A stretch of DNA of 64,000 nt from Vicinamibacterales bacterium (GTDB lineage Bacteria > Acidobacteriota > Vicinamibacteria > Vicinamibacterales > CAVVIG01): the NCBI GenBank assembly GCA_965229885.1, contig CBDDJX010000003.1:1424452-1488451 (forward strand), read 5' to 3'. A program made the translations under genes and the position numbers. This document shows, piece after piece, positions 20,808 to 29,890 of the stretch (within the stretch, counting starts at the first letter, position 1; each line of letters begins with the position of its first letter). The notes under the pieces are model-generated. The model ran no database searches. It saw only the letters and a list, made by a program, of their open reading frames with translations, and was not told where the DNA came from.

Positions 20808-21797
20808 TTAACGTCTTGTCGCGGTGCCGGCCGGCTCGTACAGGTGGCAGGCGACGAAGCGATCGGGCCCGGTGTCGGCCGCGGCGCGCCACTCCGGCGT
20901 CACGCTCCGGCACACGTCCATGACCTGCGGGCACCGGGAGGCGAAGCGGCAGCCGGCGCCAATATTGATGGGCGAGGCAATCTCGCCGGTAATCGGGATG
21001 GTGGCGCGGTCGCGCTCCGAGCGCGGATCGGGCTCGGGATTCGAGGCGACGAGCATCTGCGTGTAGGGGTGCAGCGGCCTCGCGTACACCTCTTCGCTCG
21101 GGCCGATCTCTACAAGGGAGCCCAGGTACATGACGGCCATGCGGTCTGACAGGTACCGCACCATCGAGAGATCGTGGGCGATGAATAGCAACGTCAGACC
21201 CAGCGAGGCCTTGAGCTCGCCGAGTAGACGCACGATCTGCGCCTGCACCGAGACATCGAGCGCCGAGATCGGTTCGTCGCAGACGACGAACGTCGGCTTC
21301 AGGATCAGCGCCCGTGCGATCCCAACCCGCTGCCGTTGGCCGCCGGATAGCTCGTGCGGATAGCGGGCGGCGTATCCGCGCTCGAGGCCGACGCGCTCGA
21401 GCCATCCGTCCACCTCGTCGCGAACCGCGGTGCTGCTCGTACCAGCCTGTAGCCGCACGCCTTCGCCGATGATCTCTCCTACCGTCATCCTGGGGTTCAG
21501 GCTCGAGTAGGGATCCTGGAAGATCATCTGCATCCGGCGCGCGTAACGCTGGAAGTCTGCAGGCTCGTAGCGCTGCGGTAGCTTTTCGCCTTCCAGGTAC
21601 ACTTCGCCGGCCGTTTTGGCGTGCAGGCCCACCAGTGTCTTGCCAAAAGTGGACTTGCCCGACCCGCTCTCGCCCACGAGGCCCACGATCTCCTTTTCGG
21701 CGATCGACAGCGACACGTCGTCCACGGCGTGAACGGTCTGCCCGCGGGCAATTCGAAAGTGCTTCGTGACGCCTCGGGCGTCAATCAGCGGAATCAC
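20808..21797 (-). CDS. Peptide ABC transporter ATP-binding protein (OppF/DppF-like)
   Basis: Walker [25 protein letters not shown], Walker B FVVCDEPISALD, C-terminal Cys-rich tail GCRFASRCP..C. Confidence 0.9.
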   Translation of the reverse strand: MIPLIDARGVTKHFRIARGQTVHAVDDVSLSIAEKEIVGLVGESGSGKSTFGKTLVGLHAKTAGEVYLEGEKLPQRYEPADFQRYARRMQMIFQDPYSSLNPRMTVGEIIGEGVRLQAGTSSTAVRDEVDGWLERVGLERGYAARYPHELSGGQRQRVGIARALILKPTFVVCDEPISALDVSVQAQIVRLLGELKASLGLTLLFIAHDLSMVRYLSDRMAVMYLGSLVEIGPSEEVYARPLHPYTQMLVASNPEPDPRSERDRATIPITGEIASPINIGAGCRFASRCPQVMDVCRSVTPEWRAAADTGPDRFVACHLYEPAGTATRR

Positions 21798-22834
21798 GCG
21801 CGGCCTCGGCGGTAGAGATCAGGCGCCGCGTTCGGTGCGTCAGGGTGGTGCAGCCAGCACATAGCGTCGTGCCGGGGCCCAACGTCGAAGCGAGTCGGAT
21901 GTGTGGGCCCACAAAGACGCATCGCGTGCGGGCAACGGGCGAAGTAGCCGCAGCCCGCCGGCGGAGCGAATAGGTCCGGCGGCGTACCTTCGATCGGCGT
22001 CAGGCCCACGGCTTTCGATGTCGTGCTGCTCGGCATCGCCCCCTTGAGCCCAAGCGTGTAGGGATGTGCCGCTCGGTAGAACACATCGTCTACGCTCCCT
22101 TTCTCGATGATCTCGCCGGCATACATGACCGAAACGTCATCGGCCATGCGCGCGACCACGCCGAGATCGTGGGTGATGAGCACGATGGCCATGCCGTTCT
22201 TGGCCTGCAGTTCTTTGAGCAGGTCCAGGATCTGCGCCTGGATCGTGACGTCGAGCGCTGTGGTCGGCTCGTCCGCGATGAGCACGGCCGGCTCGCACGC
22301 AATGGCCATGGCGATCATGGCTCGCTGCAACATGCCGCCGGAAAATACGAAGGGATACTGCCTGGCGCGCTTCTCCGCCTCCGGGATGTTGGCCTGCGCC
22401 AGCACTTCGACGGCGTGGTCGAAGGCCTGCCGCTTGGAATACCCGCGATGCACCTGTAGCGTCTCCGCGATCTGATCGCCCACCCTCATCGTCGGGTTGA
22501 GCGCGCTCATCGGGTCCTGAAAGATCATCCCCACACGGTTGCCGCGGATGTCCTTACCGTTGACGATCTTCTGCCGGATCACGTCCACGCCGTCGAGCAG
22601 CGCCGTGCCGCTCGTGATGCGGCCTGGCGGCATCGGCGTCAGGCCCAAGATGCTCTGCACGGACACCGACTTGCCGCAGCCCGACTCTCCGACGATCGCT
22701 AGCGTTTTCCCCGCATGGACACTGAAGCTTGCGCCGCGCACCGCTTTGACGACCCCGCCGTAGGTGTCGAACTCGACGTGGAGGTCAGCCACGTCGAGAA
22801 TCGGCGACGCATCGAGGGAAGGCGAGCCGGTCAT
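21794..22834 (-). CDS. Peptide ABC transporter ATP-binding protein (OppD/DppD-like)
   Basis: ATG at 22834 overlaps the upstream stop (ATGA). GESGCGKSV, FSGGMLQRAMIAMAI, LIADEPTTALD, GCGYFARCPHAMRLC. The longer ORF to 23575 is an artefact overlapping the permease gene. Confidence 0.9.
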   Translation of the reverse strand: MTGSPSLDASPILDVADLHVEFDTYGGVVKAVRGASFSVHAGKTLAIVGESGCGKSVSVQSILGLTPMPPGRITSGTALLDGVDVIRQKIVNGKDIRGNRVGMIFQDPMSALNPTMRVGDQIAETLQVHRGYSKRQAFDHAVEVLAQANIPEAEKRARQYPFVFSGGMLQRAMIAMAIACEPAVLIADEPTTALDVTIQAQILDLLKELQAKNGMAIVLITHDLGVVARMADDVSVMYAGEIIEKGSVDDVFYRAAHPYTLGLKGAMPSSTTSKAVGLTPIEGTPPDLFAPPAGCGYFARCPHAMRLCGPTHPTRFDVGPRHDAMCWLHHPDAPNAAPDLYRRGRA

Positions 22835-24240
22835 TCTCGTCCTCGCATGCGCACGTCGAGCGCGTCGCGAAGCCCGTCGCCGAGCAGGTTGAAGGCCAGC
22901 ACCGTCACGCTGATGAAGGCCGCCGGAAAGATCAGCTCGTGCGGGTGCGAAAGCATCGTGCGGATACCCTCGTTGGCCATGCTGCCCCATGACGCGGTCG
23001 GCGGCGCGACGCCCATGCCGATGAACGAGAGAAACGCCTCGGTGAAGATGGCGCTTGGGACGGCGAACGTGAGCGTGACGAGGATCACGCCCAACGTATT
23101 GGGAATCATGTGGCGGAACACGAGGTAGCCGGTCCTCGCGCCAAGCAGCTGTGACGCTGAGACGTAACCCTCCTGGCGAATCTGCAGGATCTGTCCTCGC
23201 ACGAGCCTGGCCGTGGCCGGCCAGCCAAGGATGACCAGCGCCACGAGCATGGGAAAGACCCCGCTCTCTCCCGGTCCGATGCCGAAGGCGATCTTGAAGA
23301 GGATCATGAAGAGGAGAAACGGCAGTGCAATCACGAACTCCGCGAAGCGCATGAGGAGTTGATCGACCCGTCCGCCAAGGAATCCCGCCACGCTGCCGTA
23401 GATGATCCCGATCAGTACGAACAGGAGCGGTGAGACAACGCCGATGAAGAGCGAGACCCGCGCCCCGGACGCCAGCCGCGCCAGCATGTCGCGGCCCAGG
23501 TAGTCGGTGCCAAGGGGATGAAAGGGCAGTGTGAGTTCGTCGCCGACATTGAGCGCCGTGGCTTCCGACGCCCAACCGAGCGCCAGCGCTTCATCCGCGG
23601 AGACCGTGCGGACGGTATCGACGACGAGGGTTGCATACTCGTTCTGCTCTGCGTGGTTTGCGTCGAGGACGACGACCGAATACCAGTAGCGCTCCGGTCC
23701 AAGATCCAGCCGGTCCTCGTAACTCACACGGTTCGCCCCGAGCACATCACCAAGTGGAAGACCAAGCGCCCGGTCTGGTGCCGGGTCGTAGACGCTGCGG
23801 TAAATCACGTAACCGCTCGCGCCGACGACCGGCTCCCACACCAGCCGAATGGTCTGGGTGGTCGCCGGTTCCGCCAGGTGCAGGTTGGTGACGACCGGGC
23901 CCGACTGGGTGGGCTCCGCCGTGACGCCCGCCCATGGAGTGCTGGGCTCGACCATTAGCGCCGTGGTGGGGAGCGATGGTGGCTGACTGATCTGGTTGAC
24001 GTCCTGGGCGGCCGGGTCCACGCGCCACACTGAGGGGCCCGCCAGCGCAAACGCGGTGAGGCCGATGATGATGCCGAGGGACGCCGTCGCGCGCCAGTTG
24101 CCTTTGAGGCGGCGCACAGCGTCCTGCCAGTACGACAGCGACGGGCGCGAGATGGCACGGACCTGGCGCTCGACGATGGCCGGCTCGAAGTCAGAAGGCG
24201 CGAATTCCTCGACTGCGCTCATCGTCTGACTCTCACTCAA
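22831..24240 (-). CDS. Peptide ABC transporter permease (OppC/DppC-like) with about 170-aa periplasmic insertion
   Basis: The C-terminal 230 aa is a standard binding-protein-dependent permease core (HPLGTDYLGRDMLARL, EAA-like loop SASQLLGARTGYLVFRHMIPN). Between TM1 and the core sits an extra segment with an FN3-like pattern. Confidence 0.88.
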   Translation of the reverse strand: MSESQTMSAVEEFAPSDFEPAIVERQVRAISRPSLSYWQDAVRRLKGNWRATASLGIIIGLTAFALAGPSVWRVDPAAQDVNQISQPPSLPTTALMVEPSTPWAGVTAEPTQSGPVVTNLHLAEPATTQTIRLVWEPVVGASGYVIYRSVYDPAPDRALGLPLGDVLGANRVSYEDRLDLGPERYWYSVVVLDANHAEQNEYATLVVDTVRTVSADEALALGWASEATALNVGDELTLPFHPLGTDYLGRDMLARLASGARVSLFIGVVSPLLFVLIGIIYGSVAGFLGGRVDQLLMRFAEFVIALPFLLFMILFKIAFGIGPGESGVFPMLVALVILGWPATARLVRGQILQIRQEGYVSASQLLGARTGYLVFRHMIPNTLGVILVTLTFAVPSAIFTEAFLSFIGMGVAPPTASWGSMANEGIRTMLSHPHELIFPAAFISVTVLAFNLLGDGLRDALDVRMRGRE

Positions 24241-25165
24241 GCCTCACGCGCGGGTCGATCAAGCCGTACAGCAGATCCACTACGATGACCATGAAGACCA
24301 GGAACCCGCCGTAGAAGACCGTGGTGCCCATGATCACCGTGTAGTCGAGCTGCTGCACTGACTGGACGAAACTGCGGCCGAGCCCTGGGATGGCGAACAC
24401 CAGTTCCACGACGAAGCCCCCCGTGGTGATCGCGGCAATCGCCGGCCCAAGCACTGTGACGACCGGCAGGACCGCGTTGCGGAGCTGGTGCCTCAGGAAG
24501 ATACGTGTCGGCGGCAGGCCCTTGGCTCTGGCGGTTCGGATGAAATCGGAGCCCGTGATTTCGAGCATCGACGAGCGCATCAGCCGTGTGAGGTAGGCCA
24601 TGGTGCCGAGCCCCAGGACCATCGACGGTACGATCATGTGGCGGATCGAGCCCCAGCCGGCCACAGGGAGGAGCGAGAAACCCAGCCAGGCATTGATGTC
24701 GACGAGCGCGAGTTGACCCAGCGCGGCGACTACGAAGCTCGGCACCGAGATGCCGAGAATGACCAGAAACGTGATGACGAGGTCAGGGAGACGGTTGCGG
24801 TAAATCGCGGTCAGCGCGCCCCAGAGCACGCCGCCGAACGCAGCGAATGCCACAGCCAGGATGCCGAGCGTGGCAGAGACCGGGAAGCTCTCGCGAATGA
24901 TGTCGTTGACGCTGCGGTTCTCCTGGGTGAAGGAGATGCCGAAATCGCCGCGGAGCATGTTTCCGAGAAAGACGACGTACTGTTCTGTCACCGGTCGGTC
25001 GAGCCCGTAGCGCTCCTGCAGATTGCGCTGGATTTGTTCCGTCGTGGCTTTCTGACCAGCGAGCGGGTCGCCCGGCACCGAGTGCATCGCGATGAAGGTC
25101 GCGGTCGCGATGAACCAGACCGTGACGATGCCCTGGATGATGCGCTTGAAGGTATAGACCAGCAC
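24233..25165 (-). CDS. Peptide ABC transporter permease (OppB/DppB-like)
   Basis: VLVYTFKRIIQGIVTVWFIATATFIAMH is a typical OppB N-terminus (GTG at 25165). EAA loop FIRTARAKGLPPTRIFLRHQLRNA. Confidence 0.88.
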   Translation of the reverse strand: MLVYTFKRIIQGIVTVWFIATATFIAMHSVPGDPLAGQKATTEQIQRNLQERYGLDRPVTEQYVVFLGNMLRGDFGISFTQENRSVNDIIRESFPVSATLGILAVAFAAFGGVLWGALTAIYRNRLPDLVITFLVILGISVPSFVVAALGQLALVDINAWLGFSLLPVAGWGSIRHMIVPSMVLGLGTMAYLTRLMRSSMLEITGSDFIRTARAKGLPPTRIFLRHQLRNAVLPVVTVLGPAIAAITTGGFVVELVFAIPGLGRSFVQSVQQLDYTVIMGTTVFYGGFLVFMVIVVDLLYGLIDPRVRLE

Positions 25166-25172
25166 TGGTGCG

Positions 25173-26873
25173 CTACGGATTCTCGACGAGGTACGCGTTG
25201 GTGTAGTCTGGGTCGGTTCCAACGGCTCGGCGCACGACCCCTTTGAGTTCTGGGACCTGCACGTAGACGCGGCCGCGTTCGTAGTTCGGCAGATGCACCG
25301 CGTCCTCGATCATGATGCGCTGGATCTCGCCGAACGCATCCATCCGGGTACGAGGGTCGAGAGAGCTCTGCGAAATCCGCACCTGATCGTCGAGCTCGGG
25401 GTTGTTGTAGAGGCCTCGGTTGTTGCCGTTCCACGAGGCGTACAGGTCCCCATAGGTGAGAGGGTCTGAAAAGTCTGGCCCCCAGCCGGCCGAGACCATA
25501 TCAAAGTCACCGACGCTCGTCTTCTGTAGCCGCTGTTTGAAAATCTGCTTGTCGATCCTGAGTTCAATGCCCAGGGTTCGCATGAACAGGCTCTGGAAAT
25601 ACTCCGCTTGCTTGTTGGCGCCCGGTGAATCGTCCGTCAGGAGCACAAGCGGTGGGATGTCGCTGAGGCCAAGCTCCCGCTTGGCGAGCTCGAGATGCTC
25701 GCGGGCCTGCGCTAGGTCCGGAGTGATCGTGGGCGGAGGGTACTCCTGGCGAAACAGATCCTTGACACCAGTCAGCCACGCCGGGAAAAGGGATACGGCG
25801 GGCCGATTCCCAGGGATCGCGATGACCTTGTTGACGAGTTCGCTTGGATCGTTGACGAGCTGCAGCGCCTTGCGAAGGTGACGGTTACCTGTGACCCGCT
25901 CGGGACGGAAGTTGAAGTCCAGGTACCAGAGCGAACCGTCGTCGTATCGACCGACGTTCCACCGAAGCTTCATGGCTTCGTCGAGCTGTTCGCTGCCGAG
26001 TCCCGCCGACACGATGGAGCCGTCCTTGAACAGGTTGACGACAGCCGTTGTGTCGGATGTGACGTACGGCATGTCGATCGCGTTCAGCTGAATCGCGTCC
26101 CGATTCCAGTACTGTGGGTTCTTCTCCAGTCGTACGTGCGCGCCATGGACCCAGCGCGTCATCGAGAACGGTCCGTTGAAGATCAGGTCGGCGGCATCGG
26201 CGCCGTAGCGGCCGTCGCGGCTCGTGTAGAAGTCTTCCCGAATCGGGTAGTAGAGTCCGAACGCGACCAGCTTGTCGAAGAATGCGACAGGACGTTCAAA
26301 CTCCACCTCGAGCACGCGGTCGCTCACGGCTCTGACGCCAAGCCGGTCCGGCGGCATCTGTTTCGAGTTGATGGCCTCCGCGTTCTTCACGTAGTAGAGG
26401 ATGAATGCGTACTGGGAGGCAGTGGCCGGGTTTACGACGTTCCGCCACGCGAAGACAAAGTCGTGCGCGGTAACCGGTTTCCCGTCGCTCCATCGCGCGT
26501 CTTCGCGTAGCCAGAACGTGGCGCCCTCTGGCCGGATGTCCCACCGTTCGGCAACCCCAGGGGCGAGCTGGTTATTGGCATCATATTTCAACAACCCTTC
26601 CATGACGTGTCCGAGGACGAAAAAACTGATCGCGTCGGTGGACCGCGTGGAATCGAGTTGCGGCGGTTCGTTATTGAGGAACGTCGTGATCGTCTTCGTC
26701 TCGAAATCGATTGCGCTCCTGGCACTCGAGCCACCGCCGGTGAGCGACGATGCCCACGCGAGCGCCACCATGAGCGCGATGAAGCCGGCTGTTCCGGCGA
26801 CGCCCAGCCAGGCCAGCTGTCGCACCGCCGCGCGGCTCATGGGATCGCGATAGGTGGGCGATGGTTCCCTCAT
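25173..26873 (-). CDS. Peptide ABC transporter substrate-binding protein (family 5)
   Basis: Signal/TM LAWLGVAGTAGFIALMVALAWA, 560-aa SBP_bac_5-like sequence (WSDGKPVTAHDFVFAWR). An alternative start is MSRAAV at 26840. Confidence 0.88.
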   Translation of the reverse strand: MREPSPTYRDPMSRAAVRQLAWLGVAGTAGFIALMVALAWASSLTGGGSSARSAIDFETKTITTFLNNEPPQLDSTRSTDAISFFVLGHVMEGLLKYDANNQLAPGVAERWDIRPEGATFWLREDARWSDGKPVTAHDFVFAWRNVVNPATASQYAFILYYVKNAEAINSKQMPPDRLGVRAVSDRVLEVEFERPVAFFDKLVAFGLYYPIREDFYTSRDGRYGADAADLIFNGPFSMTRWVHGAHVRLEKNPQYWNRDAIQLNAIDMPYVTSDTTAVVNLFKDGSIVSAGLGSEQLDEAMKLRWNVGRYDDGSLWYLDFNFRPERVTGNRHLRKALQLVNDPSELVNKVIAIPGNRPAVSLFPAWLTGVKDLFRQEYPPPTITPDLAQAREHLELAKRELGLSDIPPLVLLTDDSPGANKQAEYFQSLFMRTLGIELRIDKQIFKQRLQKTSVGDFDMVSAGWGPDFSDPLTYGDLYASWNGNNRGLYNNPELDDQVRISQSSLDPRTRMDAFGEIQRIMIEDAVHLPNYERGRVYVQVPELKGVVRRAVGTDPDYTNAYLVENP

Positions 26874-26886
26874 GGTTCGATCATAG

Positions 26887-27695
26887 GGGCACTGTCAAGT
26901 TGACGAGAAGAGGGCGTGACACTCTCTCGATGGCTCGGTTTCTATCATCGTTCAGCAGGCACACGCCACCGCATCCCAAACGTTGAACGATCGCGTCCTC
27001 AGTAATCGATAGTGACCAGCTCGGAGCAAGTGGCGCCCCATACGAAAGAGGTTCTGAACGAGCCCGTGCACCGACAAGAACCGTTGTGCGTGTCCGACCG
27101 ACTTGAACCGTCGCATCTGGCCCTCGCGCTTGCGGGTCGACTGGTGCGACACCTCCGCTCGATTGGTCTCGTACTGTCGAGTACTGTGCACTACGGACGG
27201 CATCACGGTGCGGTGTGCCGCCTCGTAACTGAGGAGCTTGTCCGTGATGAGACGCAGCGGTACGCGGCCTTGCGCTTTCAACAGTTCCCGGAAGAAACGC
27301 GTGGCCGCCCATCGATTGCGCCGGGCCTGGACGAGGATGTCGATCACGTCACCGTCCTGGTCGACGGCCCGCCAGAGATACTCACGGCGGCCCTGAATAT
27401 TCACGAACAGCTCGTCCAGATACCACGTGTCACCCATCCGACTGCGTTGACGCCGCAACCTCCGTGCGTAATCGAGTCCGAACGTCTGACACCACTGCCG
27501 AATCGTCTCGTAGGTCACCGTGACACCGCGCTGAGCCAGCAGGTCCTCGGCATCGCGGAAGCTGAGACAAAAGCGGTGGCAGAGCCAGACGGCGTGACTG
27601 ATGATCTCGGGCAGGAATCGATAGCCGTGATAGCTGGGGGGCTGACTCGTCATCAGCCTACTCTGCCAGTCAGAGCCTCAACTTGACAATGCCCC
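26887..27695 (-). mobile_element. IS6-family insertion sequence, complete (809 bp)
   Basis: 18-bp terminal IRs GGGGCACTGTCAAGTTGA (26887..26904) and reverse complement of 27678..27695 = GGGGCATTGTCAAGTTGA. Single transposase gene. No 8-bp target duplication is visible. Confidence 0.9.
26952..27653 (-). CDS. IS6-family transposase
   Basis: 233 aa, YHGYRFLPEIISHAVWLCHRFCLSFRDAEDLLAQRGV...WYLDELFVNIQGRREYLWRAVDQDGDVIDILV...ITDKLLSYEAAH...NRAEVSHQSTR is the typical IS6/IS26-like DDE pattern. Confidence 0.9.
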   Translation of the reverse strand: MTSQPPSYHGYRFLPEIISHAVWLCHRFCLSFRDAEDLLAQRGVTVTYETIRQWCQTFGLDYARRLRRQRSRMGDTWYLDELFVNIQGRREYLWRAVDQDGDVIDILVQARRNRWAATRFFRELLKAQGRVPLRLITDKLLSYEAAHRTVMPSVVHSTRQYETNRAEVSHQSTRKREGQMRRFKSVGHAQRFLSVHGLVQNLFRMGRHLLRAGHYRLLRTRSFNVWDAVACAC

Positions 27696-27699
27696 CACG

Positions 27700-27746
27700 A
27701 GCACGGAAGGGCTGCGTGATTAACAGCGAATGGCGCAAGCACCCGC
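27700..27746 (+). mobile_element. Right-end stub of a second IS1-family copy, truncated by the IS6
   Basis: cacgagcacggaagggctgcgTGATTAACAGCGAATGGCGCAAGCACC parallels the last about 50 bp of the full copy (cacgatcaacgaaccgcggccTGATCAACAGCAAATGGCGCAAGTACC at 29677..29723). Confidence 0.7.
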
Positions 27747-27869
27747 GGGTGCCGCGGCTGGGTGAATTGCTGTTCGAGTTTGTGCGCGCCTCGGATCGGG
27801 CACCGATGTCCTGCGAGCTGGGCGGCAGTCCCACTGGAAAGCCGGCTGTATAATTCCGTTTAGCGCGAA

Positions 27870-28105
27870 TGACTCTCGTCGGCGGCGCCAAGCTCGGGCC
27901 GTACGAGGTTCAAGCAGCCACGGCGCGGGTATGACAGAGTCTGGCGAGCCTCGCACACCGCGCAGAAGCGGGAGGATGCACTGAAGGTCCTACCGGATAC
28001 CTTCGCCACTGACACCGAGCGGCTCGCCCGGTTCTAGCGGGAGGCACAAGGTCCTCGCTGGGCCGAACCATTCCGGCATCGGGCAGATCGTAGGGGACCA
28101 TCGAC
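27870..28105 (+). pseudogene. Ser/Thr protein kinase N-terminal remnant (stops, frameshifts, truncated)
   Basis: LVGGAKLGPYEVQAA.. then ALKVLPDTFATDTERLARF*REAQ then, in another frame, VLAGPNHSGIGQIVG. Compare the usual G..LGPYEI...VA.KVLP..FA.DPERLARF.REA..LA.LNHPNI..IYG. Confidence 0.65.
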
Positions 28106-28124
28106 ACCAGAGAGTGAAATCGAA

Positions 28125-28493
28125 ATGAGAACTACACTGATCACCGTTTCTGTGGCCGCGCTCTCTGTTGGGTGTCAAGAGGCCCCGGTGCGTGACTTAC
28201 GAGGGGAGGCGCAGGAGGTCATTGAGGCCGCCCGAAGGAGAGCCGGCGAATTGCGCGAACTGTCGGCAGAGGAACTCCGGGAGCTCTGGGCCATGGAATA
28301 CACGTCGCTTGAGGTGGCGCAGGCTGATCTCTCACGGGTAGACGAGCTGCTTAATGAGATGGGACAGGAGCGATGGGACTGCTATCACGTCGGTGAGGAT
28401 GGGCAGGGACGAGTGTTCTACTTCAAGAGAACCAAGACGCACGCAGCTACCTATTTGACGAATCTGCTGAGACTCGGCTCGGTAGCCTTCTAG
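28125..28493 (+). CDS. Lipoprotein with DUF4177-like C-terminal domain
   Basis: MRTTLITVSVAALSVGC lipobox. LWAMEYTSLEV....LNEMGQERWDCYHVGEDGQGRVFYFKR resembles DUF4177. Confidence 0.6.
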   Translation: MRTTLITVSVAALSVGCQEAPVRDLRGEAQEVIEAARRRAGELRELSAEELRELWAMEYTSLEVAQADLSRVDELLNEMGQERWDCYHVGEDGQGRVFYFKRTKTHAATYLTNLLRLGSVAF

Positions 28494-28523
28494 ATTGGAG
28501 ACTATGCAACTCGCAATCGAGCG

Positions 28524-29723
28524 GGTGCTTGCGCCGTTCGCTGTTGATCGGCCAGCCCCGGAGATCGTGGGGGACTCGCCCGCCGATACACTTGAGCAAT
28601 GAACGAGATCGACGGGGTGGCGTGCGGCACGCCCGGGTGCGATAACCGTGGAAAACCGGGCCTCAACCTCGTGGGCTACGGCTCGTTCGCGACGAAGGGC
28701 GGTCGACGGCGGCGGTACCGATGCACAGTCTGCCGGGGCACGCTGAGCACGAACACAGGGACCGCGTACAGCGGGCTTCGCTGCACCCGACGGGAGTTCG
28801 ACCACGTAGCAAGCTTACGCGTCGAAGGCGTGAGCATTTCTGCGACCGCCCGGGTCACGGGCCATTCCCGCAACACCGTCGCGCGCTGGCTCGAGCGGGC
28901 CTCGACGGCCGCAAGGCGCTTCAACGACCGGATGGTGCGCGATTTCGACCTCATTGAGCTGCAGGCTGATGAGCTCTGCACGTTCATCGGCAAGAAGAGC
29001 CAGACCTGCTGGCTGTTTGCGACCATCGAGGTATCGTCCCGCTTGTGGGCTGGTAGCGTCCTGGGGCGCCGCTCCGATCGCAACGCCAGGGCCGTCATCA
29101 GCGACGTCATTCGCCGGGGGCGAGTCGTCGGATGTCCCCTGATCGCCACCGATGGCTTCGAGTACTACGTCGGCGCGGTTGGGGTGCTCTTTGGGTCAAC
29201 GTGCGTCTATGGTCAAGTGCTCAAGACGCGGCGGAACAATCGTGTCGTCCGGGTCGAGCGCCGCGTGAAGATCGGCACGGCGACGCGACTGAAGGCTGCG
29301 TTGTGGGAGTCGGAGGATTCAGAGACCCTGAACACGTCGTTCGTCGAGCGCCTCAACCTCACCATTCGTCAAGGCTCAGCGTACCTGCGCCGGCGATCGC
29401 CGTGCCATGCCCGATGCGAAGAGCCGCTCCGCGGGCACGTTGAGCTCTTGCGTTGTCATTACAATTTCGTGCGGCCGCACAGGGCATTGAAGTTCGGGCG
29501 CGAGACCAGGACGCCAGCGATGCAGGCCGGTGTGGTCAGCACGCGACTGACCTGGAGCCACATCTTCACGGCGCGCGGTCTCTCTCGACGCCTTCTTGTG
29601 GCGGTCGTGCGCATTCCCGTGATCGTCCAGCTCATAGAGACTGGCACAGCTGAGCTGCCGACGTTCCTGTGCCCGCACGATCAACGAACCGCGGCCTGAT
29701 CAACAGCAAATGGCGCAAGTACC
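28524..29723 (+). mobile_element. IS1-family insertion sequence (single long ORF type), complete
   Basis: IRL GGTGCTTGCGCCGTTCGCTGTTGATC and reverse complement of the right end GGTACTTGCGCCATTTGCTGTTGATCA. The IR resembles the classical IS1 GGTGATGCTGCCAACTTACTGAT. Confidence 0.8.
28599..29699 (+). CDS. IS1-family transposase (zinc-finger N-terminus)
   Basis: C..C....YRCTVC zinc-finger-like N-terminus, LQADELCTFIGKK, IATDGFEYY, TSFVERLNLTIRQGSAYLRRRS, FVRPHRAL motifs. Confidence 0.8.
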   Translation: MNEIDGVACGTPGCDNRGKPGLNLVGYGSFATKGGRRRRYRCTVCRGTLSTNTGTAYSGLRCTRREFDHVASLRVEGVSISATARVTGHSRNTVARWLERASTAARRFNDRMVRDFDLIELQADELCTFIGKKSQTCWLFATIEVSSRLWAGSVLGRRSDRNARAVISDVIRRGRVVGCPLIATDGFEYYVGAVGVLFGSTCVYGQVLKTRRNNRVVRVERRVKIGTATRLKAALWESEDSETLNTSFVERLNLTIRQGSAYLRRRSPCHARCEEPLRGHVELLRCHYNFVRPHRALKFGRETRTPAMQAGVVSTRLTWSHIFTARGLSRRLLVAVVRIPVIVQLIETGTAELPTFLCPHDQRTAA

Positions 29724-29801
29724 ACAAAACGTGCGAAAGGGCGTGTCCGGTCGTTCCGGCAAAAACCCTAACATGTCATCATGCAGGTACTTGAAAATTG
29801 G

Positions 29802-29890
29802 GCCGGGGTGGCGGAACTGGCAGACGCACAGGACTTAAAATCCTGGGTTCCGAAAGGAGCGTGTGGGTTCGATTCCCACCCCCGGCACCA
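29802..29890 (+). tRNA. tRNA-Leu (anticodon UAA), CCA encoded
   Basis: Acceptor GCCGGGG/CCCCGGC, D arm GCG-gaactggcaga-CGC, anticodon stem CAGGA/TCCTG with loop CTTAAAA, long variable arm, T arm GTGGG-TTCGATT-CCCAC, discriminator A plus CCA. Confidence 0.9.

Noticed and set aside
21794-23575. Very long N-terminal extensions of the OppD-like (to 23575) and MFP (42173..43996) ORFs.
   Set aside because: The extensions overlap the upstream permease and TolC genes in another frame. Canonical internal starts (22834, 43516) give normal-length proteins with proper N-termini.
26874-26904. Outward TTGACA in the IS6 IR forming a hybrid promoter for the oppA-like gene.
   Set aside because: With the hexamer 7 nt from the IS tip, a -10 would have to lie at flank positions 11-16 (CCATGA), which is a poor match. 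TATGAT is only 7 nt from the -35.
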